Shown in pieces: positions 36,082-44,836 of a stretch of 52,455 bases of DNA. The position numbers were made by a program, and so were the translations under genes. This DNA comes from a virus (Duplodnaviria > Caudoviricetes). The DNA lies in the IMG/VR virus record IMGVR_UViG_3300037962_000290, positions 1 to 52,455 of that record. One strand, 5' to 3'. Every line of letters starts with the position of its first letter. Positions within the stretch are counted from its first letter, which is position 1. A model generated the notes under the pieces. That model saw only the letters and a list, made by a program, of their open reading frames with translations, was not told the DNA's origin and ran no database searches.

Positions 36082-36567
36082 ATGACTGAAAAAGATAACA
36101 ACAATTCAAACAGAACACCACGTTCTGCCGACACACGAGCTAAAAAAGAAGCTCGCAAACCATGGAGCCCACCATCTACGTTGGATACTCCTCCTGCACC
36201 TGAAGGTTACACTTACAGGTGGATTAGAGCCGAAATTGTAGGCCAAGAAGATCGTAAGAATGTTTCTTCAAGATTAAGCGAAGGTTTTGACCTAGTAAGA
36301 TCTGAAGAATTAGATGATTCTGACCAAGATCGTTTTGATAGCGTGCAACAAGGTAAACATGCAGGAGTTGTAGCGCGAGGTGGTTTGCTATTGGCTAAGA
36401 TTCCGAATGAAACACGTGAAGAGAGAAACTCCTACTATGCTGCACGTGCTCAAACACAGCAAGACGCTGTAGATAACGATTTAATGAGGGAATCAGACCC
36501 AAACTCTCCGATTTTAAATCCAGAGAGAAGTAGCAAAGTAACTTTTGGCGGTGGTCAACGTAGTTGA
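36082..36567 (+). CDS. Conserved head-module protein
   Basis: WSPPSTL..P..PEGYTYRWIR, GGLLLAKIP. Confidence 0.7.
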   Translation: MTEKDNNNSNRTPRSADTRAKKEARKPWSPPSTLDTPPAPEGYTYRWIRAEIVGQEDRKNVSSRLSEGFDLVRSEELDDSDQDRFDSVQQGKHAGVVARGGLLLAKIPNETREERNSYYAARAQTQQDAVDNDLMRESDPNSPILNPERSSKVTFGGGQRS

Positions 36568-36605
36568 TTACCAAACTTTAAATAACAAATATAAGGTGAC
36601 TTATT

Positions 36606-37166
36606 ATGGCTAACAAAAATGCCCCTTTCGGAGCACGAGTAGTAGGTAAATTAGGTTCTGGAGTCCAAAATGGTGGAGTTACAGAATATGAAATTGCCTC
36701 TGGTGCTTCTGGGAATATTTTTTCTGGCGATTTAGTAAAAATGCTCAACACAGGTACTATTTTAGTAGCTGGTGCTGGGGATGAAGCCTTGGGTGTATTT
36801 AGAGGTTGTACTTTTACAAACTCTTCAGGTGAGACTGTTTTCAGTTCTCATTTCCCAGATGGCACTGTATCGTCCGATATTAAAGCATTTGTCGTAGATG
36901 ATCCTGATGCTGTATTTGAAATTCAAAGTGCAGGTTCTCCAGCTCAAACTGATGTCGGTTTGAACGCAGATATTTCCTATACTTCTGGCTCAACCAAAAC
37001 TGGTATGTCAGCTATGGAACTGTCTGGAACAACAGCAGCTACAACTGCAACGTTCAGAATTATGGGCTTTTCGAGTGACCCAGATAACAGTACAACAGGT
37101 TCAGCAAACGTAAATGTGATTGTTAAATTTAATGAGCATTTCTATATCGACCCAACAGGAGTATAA
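36606..37166 (+). CDS. Putative capsid decoration/minor capsid protein
   Basis: MANKNAPFG, IFSGDLV, VVDDPDAVFEIQ; immediately upstream of the MCP. Confidence 0.65.
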   Translation: MANKNAPFGARVVGKLGSGVQNGGVTEYEIASGASGNIFSGDLVKMLNTGTILVAGAGDEALGVFRGCTFTNSSGETVFSSHFPDGTVSSDIKAFVVDDPDAVFEIQSAGSPAQTDVGLNADISYTSGSTKTGMSAMELSGTTAATTATFRIMGFSSDPDNSTTGSANVNVIVKFNEHFYIDPTGV

Positions 37167-37169
37167 ATA

Positions 37170-38072
37170 ATGGCAATTAATAGAGCGCAATTAGCGAAAG
37201 AATTAGAGCCAGGTCTTAACGCCTTGTTCGGTATGGAATATGCCAGATACGAATCTCAACATGAAGAAATTTATGAAACTGAGTCTTCTGATAGAGCGTT
37301 TGAAGAAGAAACCCTAATAGTAGGGTTTGGTAACGCAGAAGTAAAAGCTGAAGGTAGTGGTGTCAGATTTGATACAGCTAACGAAGGTTATACTTCACGT
37401 TATACCCACGAAACAGTGGCTTTAGCTTTCGCACTAACTGAAGAAGCAATTGAAGATAATCTTTATGATAGACTCGGCGCAAGATACACTAAAGCTTTAG
37501 CAAGATCTATGGCTAACACAAAGCAAATCAAAGCAGCTGCAGTATTAAACAACGCGTTTAGTACAACAGGCGGTGACGGTAAAACGCTTGTGGCTACAGA
37601 TCATCCACTAGGCGGCGGTGGTTCACTAGCAAATAGAGCTACCACTATGGCGGATCTTAATGAAACTTCACTAGAAGACTCACTTATTAATATTTCTACA
37701 TTTACAGATGATAGAGGTCTTAATATTGCGTTAAAAGGTATGAAGTTAATTATTCCACCACAATTAGTGTTTGTTGCTGACAGATTACTACAAAGCCCAG
37801 GCAGAGTAGGAACATCTGACAACGACATTAATGCTATAGCAAATACTGGTATGCTTCCTGATGGATATGTTGTAAACAACTATCTAACAGATACAGATGC
37901 GTATTTCATTAAAACTGACTGCCCAGACGGGTTTAAGTATTTTGAAAGATCTCCTATGCAAACTGCATTAGAGGGTGACTTCGATACAGGTAACATGAGA
38001 TACAAAGCTAGAGAGCGTTATAGTTTTGGATATTCTAACTTTAGAGCCGTTTACGGTTCTCAAGGAGCTTAA
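37170..38072 (+). CDS. Major capsid protein (HK97 fold)
   Basis: MAINRAQLAKELEPGLNALFG, TEEAIEDNLY, LIIPPQL, YKARERYSFG; followed by a strong terminator. Confidence 0.9.
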   Translation: MAINRAQLAKELEPGLNALFGMEYARYESQHEEIYETESSDRAFEEETLIVGFGNAEVKAEGSGVRFDTANEGYTSRYTHETVALAFALTEEAIEDNLYDRLGARYTKALARSMANTKQIKAAAVLNNAFSTTGGDGKTLVATDHPLGGGGSLANRATTMADLNETSLEDSLINISTFTDDRGLNIALKGMKLIIPPQLVFVADRLLQSPGRVGTSDNDINAIANTGMLPDGYVVNNYLTDTDAYFIKTDCPDGFKYFERSPMQTALEGDFDTGNMRYKARERYSFGYSNFRAVYGSQGA

Positions 38073-38113
38073 GGAACGGATTATTGTAGCGTTTCTCACT
38101 CAACTACAATTTT

Positions 38114-38138
38114 AAAGGGAGCTTCGGCTCCCTTTTTT
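38114..38138 (+). terminator. Rho-independent terminator
   Basis: AAAGGGAGC-TTCG-GCTCCCTTT with T tract (cUUCGg tetraloop). Confidence 0.92.
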
Positions 38139-38139
38139 G

Positions 38140-38168
38140 TTGCTTCATTTGATTATGAGGTGTAAACT
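38140..38168 (+). promoter_or_regulatory. Sigma70-like promoter
   Basis: TTGCTT-17-TAAACT directly after the terminator. Confidence 0.4.
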
Positions 38169-38241
38169 TTAGGTAGTTTTAAATTAATTAGCTTAATGAG
38201 GATCGTAAAGATTTCCATTAATACAAGTAAAGGAGTTCATA

Positions 38242-38958
38242 ATGGCTAATCCACATTTTCAAAACTTAATATTATGGGCAGGTAATACTGTTGCAACTGA
38301 GCACAAGAAAAACCAGCCTATGTTCGCACCATATCCATCAGATCAAACATTTTATATGTATCATAATGACTTTTTTACATATAATTCTGGTGATTGGACT
38401 ATAACAACTACTGAGGCTGGTACTGGTAGTGCGTCTGAAGCTGTAACTTCATCAGCAGGAGGAGCTTTATTGCTTACTAATGCTGCAGGAGATAACGATT
38501 TAGACTTTTTACAATTAAAAGGTGAAGGGTTTAAATTAAGCACAAGTAAGAAAGCATATTTTTCTGCCAGATTCAAAGTAAATGATGTAGACCAATCTGA
38601 CTTTGTTATGGGTCTTGGTATAACAGATACAACACCTCTTGATACTACAGACGGTGTTTTCTTCATTTCTGCAGACGGTGACGCAGGTTTAGATTTCTTG
38701 GTTGAGAAAGACAATACTGCAACTACAACAGAAGATGTAGCAACTATGGCAGATGATACATTTATCACAACAACCTGGTTTATTGATCCTGACGCTTCAA
38801 AAGTATTTTATTCAATAAATAATGCTGCACCAGTTGGAGTTGCTATTACAAATCTACCTGATGATGAAGAATTAACCGTATCATTTGGTATTCAAAATGG
38901 TGAAGCTTCAGCACAAACTATGACTATTGACTACGTTGTAGCAGCTGTAGAAAGATAG
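38242..38958 (+). CDS. Putative structural protein (beta-sandwich)
   Basis: Thr/Ala/Asp-rich, beta-rich; AAGGAG RBS; downstream of the MCP. Confidence 0.6.
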   Translation: MANPHFQNLILWAGNTVATEHKKNQPMFAPYPSDQTFYMYHNDFFTYNSGDWTITTTEAGTGSASEAVTSSAGGALLLTNAAGDNDLDFLQLKGEGFKLSTSKKAYFSARFKVNDVDQSDFVMGLGITDTTPLDTTDGVFFISADGDAGLDFLVEKDNTATTTEDVATMADDTFITTTWFIDPDASKVFYSINNAAPVGVAITNLPDDEELTVSFGIQNGEASAQTMTIDYVVAAVER

Positions 38959-38967
38959 GAGTAAACA

Positions 38968-39369
38968 ATGGCAGATACAGTAACTTCGCAAACTATTCAA
39001 GATGGTGAAAAAACTGCTGTCTTGAAATTTACAAATGTATCAGATGGAACGGGTGAATCTGCTGTAAAAAAAGTAGATGTGTCAGCACTTACTACTAATA
39101 GTGCTGGTGAATCTTGTACCTCCGTATCAGTTGCTAGAATTTATTGGGCCTGTAGAGGTATGGGCGTAAATATAGAGTTTGATGCATCAACTAACGTATT
39201 AATTACTGGCTTACCGTCAGATAGTACAGGTGATGAGTATTATGATATTTTTACAGGCATACCTAACAACGCTGGTTCTGGAGTAACAGGAGATATTGAT
39301 TTTACAACTGTTGGACACTCTAGTGGTGATACATATTCAATAATACTTGTTTTGAATAAGAATTATTAA
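38968..39369 (+). CDS. Putative structural protein
   Basis: MADTVTSQTIQDG...TGDIDFTT; AGGAG RBS. Confidence 0.6.
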   Translation: MADTVTSQTIQDGEKTAVLKFTNVSDGTGESAVKKVDVSALTTNSAGESCTSVSVARIYWACRGMGVNIEFDASTNVLITGLPSDSTGDEYYDIFTGIPNNAGSGVTGDIDFTTVGHSSGDTYSIILVLNKNY

Positions 39370-39372
39370 TGA

Positions 39373-39651
39373 ATGGCACAGTACAAAGGCAAAACCGTTA
39401 CTCTTAATAGACCTAGGGCTCTTCGTAAAGGAGAGCCTGGTTATGGTAAAAAAAGAAAAGTAGTTTTTGTAAAAGGCTGTAGCAGTGAAAAATCAAGAGT
39501 AAAACGTATTACTTTTGGTGATGCCAAGCTAGGTATGCATAAAAATAATCCCAAACGTAAAAAATCATACTGTGCTAGAAGTAAAGGTATGGGTGGGACA
39601 ACAGACAGATGTAGTGCTAACTACTGGGCTAGACGAGATTGGGATTGTTAA
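39373..39651 (+). CDS. Small basic (Lys/Arg-rich) protein
   Basis: ITFGD, RKKSYCARS, ANYWARRDWDC. Confidence 0.75.
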   Translation: MAQYKGKTVTLNRPRALRKGEPGYGKKRKVVFVKGCSSEKSRVKRITFGDAKLGMHKNNPKRKKSYCARSKGMGGTTDRCSANYWARRDWDC

Positions 39652-39945
39652 ATGGCAAAAAAACGTGATCCTAAGGTTGGGACAGGTAAAAAACCAAAAG
39701 GCAGCGGTAGAAGGCTATATACAGACGAAAATCCTAAAGATACCGTATCAATTAAGTATGCAACAGTACAAGATGCCAGAGATACAGTAGCAAAGGTAAA
39801 ACGCACCAGAAAACCTTTTGCAAGATTAATACAAATACTTACTGTAGGAGAACAAAGATCTAAATATGGTGGTAAGCCAAAACAAGCTGAAATATTTAGA
39901 CGTGGTAAAGACTCAATACGTAAAAAGTTTGGTAGAACTAAATAA
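39652..39945 (+). CDS. Small basic protein
   Basis: DPKVGTGKKPKGSGRRLYTDENPKDTVSI. Confidence 0.75.
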   Translation: MAKKRDPKVGTGKKPKGSGRRLYTDENPKDTVSIKYATVQDARDTVAKVKRTRKPFARLIQILTVGEQRSKYGGKPKQAEIFRRGKDSIRKKFGRTK

Positions 39946-40280
39946 TGTATCCTGTTTATAACAAATTTTATTACAAACCTTTACCAGACTGTATAGAAGT
40001 TCAAAAAAGTCCTATAGAAGGATTTGGTCTGTTTGCTGTAGATAATATTCATGAAGAATTTGATTTAGGTATGTCACATATAAAAGTGCCGATTATTCAA
40101 GGATATGTTAGAACCTCTATAGGAGGCTTTTTAAATCACTCAGAAGATTCTAATTGTTACCTTAGCGAAGAGCTAGACTGGGACGATTACAGAGTTTATA
40201 ACGTAATAACATCAAAAAAAATTAGTGTTGGCGAGGAGCTTACGCTAAACTATCACTTAGACGGATTAAATTATGGCTAA
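39945..40280 (+). CDS. SET-domain protein-lysine methyltransferase
   Basis: SPIEGFGLFA (motif I), GGFLNHSEDSNC (NHS motif), GEELTLNY (catalytic Tyr motif). Confidence 0.9.
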   Translation: MYPVYNKFYYKPLPDCIEVQKSPIEGFGLFAVDNIHEEFDLGMSHIKVPIIQGYVRTSIGGFLNHSEDSNCYLSEELDWDDYRVYNVITSKKISVGEELTLNYHLDGLNYG

Positions 40281-40590
40281 AGAAAAATTAAAAAAAGTAA
40301 TTAAGGGTTTGCAAAAAGCAAGTAAAACTCATGCAAAACAAGCTAAGACCTTACAGTCATTAAAAATGAAAAAAGGTGGTGCAGCTAAAAGCAAAGGTAA
40401 AATATGTAAAAAAGGTATAGAATGGGCCAAAAGGACTTTTGATGTTTATCCTTCTGCGTACGCAAATTTAGCTGCTTCTAAATATTGTAAAGATCCTAAT
40501 TACGCAAAGAAAGATAAAAAAAGAAGGAAAGCTAGATTTGGTGGGCCAATAAGAGGACAAGGTATTGTTATGTCGGATAGGCTAAGATGA
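40273..40590 (+). CDS. Small Lys-rich protein
   Basis: MKKGG, YPSAYAN, FGGPIRGQGIVM. Confidence 0.75.
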   Translation: MAKEKLKKVIKGLQKASKTHAKQAKTLQSLKMKKGGAAKSKGKICKKGIEWAKRTFDVYPSAYANLAASKYCKDPNYAKKDKKRRKARFGGPIRGQGIVMSDRLR

Positions 40591-41024
40591 GTAAAGGACA
40601 ACTACAAGAATGGGTAGATAATGAATGGGTAAGAATAGGGGCAGACGGTTCAATATTAGGATCTTGCGGTGGTAGAGAGGAAGCTGAGGGTAAACCAAAG
40701 TGTTTGCCTAAGAAAAAAGCACAAAGTTTATCTAAAGAAGAAAGAAAAAAATTAGTTGAAAGGAAAAGAAGAAAAGATCCAAACCCAAATAGAAAAGGTA
40801 AACCTATTATGGTTTCTAATAAATTAAAATCAGGAGGCAAAGTGAAAAAACTAAAACCTATACCGCCAGGCAACAAAGGTTTGCCTAAATTACCAAAAGA
40901 AGTTCGTAATAAAATGGGTTATTTTGTTGAAGGTGGAAGAGCAGAAAAAAAGAAAGGTGGCAAGATAGCTAGAGGTTGTGGTAAAGTTATGTCTAATAGG
41001 CGTAAATATACAACCATAAGTTAG
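40587..41024 (+). CDS. Small Lys-rich protein
   Basis: LQEWV.NEWV, CG...PKCLP, three xxGG motifs, ARGCGKVM. Confidence 0.75.
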   Translation: MSKGQLQEWVDNEWVRIGADGSILGSCGGREEAEGKPKCLPKKKAQSLSKEERKKLVERKRRKDPNPNRKGKPIMVSNKLKSGGKVKKLKPIPPGNKGLPKLPKEVRNKMGYFVEGGRAEKKKGGKIARGCGKVMSNRRKYTTIS

Positions 41025-41033
41025 GAGATAAAT

Positions 41034-41198
41034 ATGCCAAAATCAAAAACTAAAGTAGATCCAAAAATGCAAGCAAGATTGGATGCAAAAGTTAGACCAG
41101 ATGAGCCAGTAAAGGAAGATCGTATTTACATAAATATGAAACCAAAAAAGAAAGCTCCTGCAAAAAAAACGACAAAAAAGAAATTAAGTAAAAAGTAA
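41034..41198 (+). CDS. Small Lys-rich protein (54 aa, not in ORF track)
   Basis: AGGAG RBS; MPKSKTK...KPKKKAPAKKTTKKKLSKK (histone H1-like tail). Confidence 0.7.
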   Translation: MPKSKTKVDPKMQARLDAKVRPDEPVKEDRIYINMKPKKKAPAKKTTKKKLSKK

Positions 41199-41209
41199 GG
41201 AGTACTATT

Positions 41210-41479
41210 ATGCCAGGTCATTATAAAAAGTCTAAAAACGGCAGTATGATGAAAAAGTCTAAAGGCGGTATGATGATGAAAAAATCCAAAGGCGGTTCAC
41301 TTATGAAAAAGTCTAAAGGTGGCTCATTAATGAAGAAGTCTAAAGGTGGAAGCATGATGAAGAAATCTAAAGGCGGGTCTTTAATGAAAAAATCTAAAGG
41401 CGGAAGTATGATGAAAATGTCCAAAGGTGGTTCAGTCATGATTGCAGGCAACGCTAATAGAAGAAGAAGCAAGTTCTAA
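41210..41479 (+). CDS. Basic repeat protein, 8 x (KKSKGGSxM)
   Basis: AAGGAG RBS; 9-aa repeat. Confidence 0.8.
   Translation: MPGHYKKSKNGSMMKKSKGGMMMKKSKGGSLMKKSKGGSLMKKSKGGSMMKKSKGGSLMKKSKGGSMMKMSKGGSVMIAGNANRRRSKF
41225..41440 (+). repeat. 27-bp coding tandem repeat x8
   Basis: Units such as aaaaagtctaaaggtggctcattaatg differ mainly at synonymous sites. Confidence 0.9.
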
Positions 41480-41480
41480 A

Positions 41481-42155
41481 GTGTCGTATTTGATAAGTAA
41501 TATCCCACATTTTAAATGTTGGGTTAGGAGAGAGTTTACGCACAATCACGAGAATTACCAAGGTGAGTATTTACATGCCTTGGCCATAGCAGTTAATACA
41601 ATACCTGATAGATCATTAAGTTTCCAAGTAGTCTTTACTGGAGAGGAAGCAAACTGTGAAGATTGGGACGAAGGAAATATCCATGGTGGTGCTATGTGGG
41701 CTCGTATGCCTATCCAAGGTTTAGTTGCGGATATACCTATGGACGATTTCCCTAGGCCTATGGAGGACCATTTAGCACAGCCTTGGGATTGTGAAGCTAG
41801 AGATCATAGTGTTGTTGTAATGGATAGAGTAAGTTCTTCACCTTGGATCGCAAAAATTCATGGTAATTTTTATCAAGCAAAATATTTATTTACCGTAGAT
41901 TACACAAATACTGATATTGCAGATGACCCTGCACAACATAAACAAAGTCATGTATTATATATAACTGAAGACTGTGAATGGAAAGGTAACTTAGTTGCTT
42001 TGCCTAATAATAGAGTAAGAGCTACTAGCCCTGCTTTATGGGTAACGGGTGAAGGACCTCCACAGTTTAAACCCTCGCAGTGGAAACACTCTGCAGAGGG
42101 GCATGAAAGTTATTTAGATCCCTCAATAACTTTTGATAATTTATATGAGGATTAG
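41481..42155 (+). CDS. Conserved hypothetical phage protein (likely GTG start at 41481)
   Basis: SYLISNIP..CWVRREF, GAMWARMPI, YLFTVDY, ALPNNR; the GTG follows the upstream stop. Confidence 0.75.
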   Translation: MSYLISNIPHFKCWVRREFTHNHENYQGEYLHALAIAVNTIPDRSLSFQVVFTGEEANCEDWDEGNIHGGAMWARMPIQGLVADIPMDDFPRPMEDHLAQPWDCEARDHSVVVMDRVSSSPWIAKIHGNFYQAKYLFTVDYTNTDIADDPAQHKQSHVLYITEDCEWKGNLVALPNNRVRATSPALWVTGEGPPQFKPSQWKHSAEGHESYLDPSITFDNLYED

Positions 42156-42157
42156 TT

Positions 42158-42829
42158 ATGGCAACATCAAATAGTACAGATTTTGAACCAAATGTAGCCG
42201 AGTTTGTAGAAGAAGCTTTTGAAAGATGTGGTTTAGAGTTAAGAACAGGATATGATCTAAAAACTGCACGAAGATCTATAAATCTTATGTTAGCTGAATG
42301 GGCTAATAGGGGATTAAACCAGTGGACTATAGAACAAGCTACACAAACAGTCACAGAGGGCACAACAGATTATTCTTTAAACTCGAATGTTATTGATATT
42401 TTAGACGTTGTTCTACGTAGAACAATTAATCAAACTCAGACAGATATTAGTATGAATCGTATTAGTAGATCTGAATATATCAACATACCAAACAAAACAA
42501 CAAAAGCTAGACCGTCACAATTTTTTCTTGATAAATTGTCAATACCTACGTTAAAAGTATGGCCAGCACCTGAAAACTCTACAGATATTTTAGTGTTTAA
42601 TAAAATAGTTAGAATGGATGATGCAGATAAGCCAACAAATACTATGGATATGCCATTTAGATTTTATCCTTGTTTTGCAGCTGGATTAGCTTACTACATA
42701 TCGTTAAAAAGAGCTCCAGAAAGAACATCACAGTTAAAAGCTTTATATGAAGAGGAATTTGACAGAGCTATGTCTCAAGATGAGGATAGAGCCTCTTATA
42801 GGGTTAGACCAGACATAAGGATGAATTGA
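42158..42829 (+). CDS. Head-tail connector/adaptor protein
   Basis: EEAFERCG, YDLKTARRSINLM..EWANRG, LKALYEEEF. Confidence 0.65.
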   Translation: MATSNSTDFEPNVAEFVEEAFERCGLELRTGYDLKTARRSINLMLAEWANRGLNQWTIEQATQTVTEGTTDYSLNSNVIDILDVVLRRTINQTQTDISMNRISRSEYINIPNKTTKARPSQFFLDKLSIPTLKVWPAPENSTDILVFNKIVRMDDADKPTNTMDMPFRFYPCFAAGLAYYISLKRAPERTSQLKALYEEEFDRAMSQDEDRASYRVRPDIRMN

Positions 42830-43170
42830 TGGCTTACGCATCTGGCAAATTTGCAAAAGCTTTATGTGATAGATGTGCTTTTGAATACAAATTAAATGAT
42901 TTAAAAGAAGAATGGAATGGTTTAAAAGTATGTCCAGATTGTTACGAACCTAAACATCCACAACTAGAGCCTTTGACTGCTACAGCTGATCCAGAGGCTT
43001 TGTACAAGCCAAGACCCAATAACGATAAGGAAGAAGGAGAGGGTTTTGTCGTGGTAGTTAGTTCAGATATATTTAAACCAGATTTTTTAAACCCTGCAAC
43101 ACTACCAACCAACTTTACGGTTGATAAGATGACAGGTGGCGTTGGCGAGGTTACAATAGTTATATCATGA
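42829..43170 (+). CDS. Zn-finger protein
   Basis: CDRC...EWNGLKVCPDCYEPKHPQ. Confidence 0.7.
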   Translation: MAYASGKFAKALCDRCAFEYKLNDLKEEWNGLKVCPDCYEPKHPQLEPLTATADPEALYKPRPNNDKEEGEGFVVVVSSDIFKPDFLNPATLPTNFTVDKMTGGVGEVTIVIS

Positions 43171-43841
43171 CCTTAGCAGAGCTGAAAACTTTAATACAAA
43201 ATTATACTGAGAATACAGAGACTACTTTTGTAAATACCTTAGATGATTTTATTAAAAATGCAGAGGAAAGAATATTTGAATTAATACAATTTGATTATTT
43301 TAGAAAAAATGTTACAGGAACTTTAACTACTGGAAACACATACTTAACTGCGCCTACTGATTACCAATTAAGTTTTTCACTAGCGATTATAGATAGTAGT
43401 GGAGATTATCACTATTTGGATAAAAAACACGTTACTTTTATGCGTGAATACTCTGTAGATCCAACAGATTCAACCGCTAGAGGCAGACCTTTATATTATG
43501 CAGATTTTGACAAAGATTTATCTACAGCTTCTGACAACGGCTCTACGTTAATCGTAAGCCCTGTTCCAGATGCAGATTATAATGTTGAATTACATTATTT
43601 ATTTAAGCCAAACTCTTTAGTGACAGACACAACAGGTACTTGGCTGTCTAATAATGCAAGAAATGCTTTGCTTTACGGTAGTTTAGCTGAAGCATATATA
43701 TTTATGAAAGGTGAAAATGATTTGACACAGCAATACGAGCAACGCTTTGCAAATGAAATATCGAGGTTAAAAAACCTTGCAGAAGCTCGCGGAAGGAGAG
43801 ATGAATACCGTTATGATTCTTTGAGGTCATCGGTAACGTAA
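43167..43841 (+). CDS. Head-tail adaptor / tail tubular protein
   Basis: MTLAELKTLIQNY, FIKNAEERI, P.PDADY.VEL.Y, LLYGSLAEA. Confidence 0.7.
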   Translation: MTLAELKTLIQNYTENTETTFVNTLDDFIKNAEERIFELIQFDYFRKNVTGTLTTGNTYLTAPTDYQLSFSLAIIDSSGDYHYLDKKHVTFMREYSVDPTDSTARGRPLYYADFDKDLSTASDNGSTLIVSPVPDADYNVELHYLFKPNSLVTDTTGTWLSNNARNALLYGSLAEAYIFMKGENDLTQQYEQRFANEISRLKNLAEARGRRDEYRYDSLRSSVT

Positions 43842-43847
43842 AAAGTT

Positions 43848-44579
43848 ATGAAACAAATAAAAAGTCTTAAGGGCAAATCAGTTGCTATAGTTGGCATGGG
43901 AAAAAGCTGGTTTGATTATAATTTAGCAAAATCACACGGCGTGCACTTTGATGAGGTTTGGGCTATAAATGGCGTAGCTTCAGTTATATACCACGATAGG
44001 GTATTTATGATGGATCCTGCATCAAGATTTTTAGATACAGATGATGCAGGAGGCCAAACAAAAAGTATGGCAGACATGTTGCAAGAACATGAGGGTCCTA
44101 TATATACATGTGAGCTAGATGATAGATGTCCAGGTCTTGTAGAGTTTCCATTAGAGGAAGTCGTACAATATTCAAACTGTCACTACCTAAATAATACAGT
44201 TGCCTACGCTGTAGCCTTTGCCTATTGGAACGAGGTATCTAACCTTAAAATGTTTGGTATAGATTTTAGTTATAAAGGTAATTTACACTTCGCAGAAGCA
44301 GGTAGAGGATGTGTAGAGTTTTGGTTAAGTAAATGTATATCTGCTGGTATGCAAGTAGAAGTTGCACATAGTTCTGGATTATTAGATACAGACGTTCCAG
44401 CAGAACAAAAATTATATGGCTATCACAGGTTAAAAAACCCCTACATAATTTTGGTTGGAGAAGATGGTATAAAACTAGAAAGAATCGATACCTTAGATAT
44501 CATTAAAAAAACACAAGAGCCTATACTAATAGATAGGAACGATTCACATTTAAAACCTATTGAACCTAAAAAATGGTAA
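43848..44579 (+). CDS. Putative glycosyltransferase-like / Rossmann-type transferase
   Basis: VAIVGMGKS, VWAIN, NTVAYAVAFA, MFGIDFSY..H resemble GT29/GT42/MptE-like motifs. Confidence 0.5.
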   Translation: MKQIKSLKGKSVAIVGMGKSWFDYNLAKSHGVHFDEVWAINGVASVIYHDRVFMMDPASRFLDTDDAGGQTKSMADMLQEHEGPIYTCELDDRCPGLVEFPLEEVVQYSNCHYLNNTVAYAVAFAYWNEVSNLKMFGIDFSYKGNLHFAEAGRGCVEFWLSKCISAGMQVEVAHSSGLLDTDVPAEQKLYGYHRLKNPYIILVGEDGIKLERIDTLDIIKKTQEPILIDRNDSHLKPIEPKKW

Positions 44580-44836
44580 AAAAATACATACACGTCAATC
44601 AACATAAAATAAGATCTAACAAAAAAAATAATCTTAATGAACCAGTTATTACTGTAAAAGAGGGTAAAACAAATACTTATTGTCATGAAGTAAAAATTAC
44701 AGGAGAAGTAACCGTAAAATATGGTGGCAACAATAAACCTATATTACCTTGTGGTGCTAGAGTAGTAATTGAAACAGAGGGATTTGTTGAAATTATAGAA
44801 CCAAAAAAACATTTAGAAGCTTCTTTAAATGAATAA
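44573..44836 (+). CDS. Conserved hypothetical phage protein
   Basis: IHVNQHKIRSN...PVITVK...CGARVVIET. Confidence 0.7.
   Translation: MVKKYIHVNQHKIRSNKKNNLNEPVITVKEGKTNTYCHEVKITGEVTVKYGGNNKPILPCGARVVIETEGFVEIIEPKKHLEASLNE

Noticed and set aside
41225-41440. CRISPR array
   Set aside because: Contiguous 27-bp coding repeats without unique spacers, and no cas genes.
41221-41472. Minus-strand PPLDFF repeat ORF
   Set aside because: Antisense shadow of the KKSKGG gene, which has the RBS and matches operon orientation.
41442-41480. ATG 41442-type upstream start for the 237-aa ORF
   Set aside because: It lies inside the preceding gene; GTG 41481 right after the stop gives a more plausible N-terminus.
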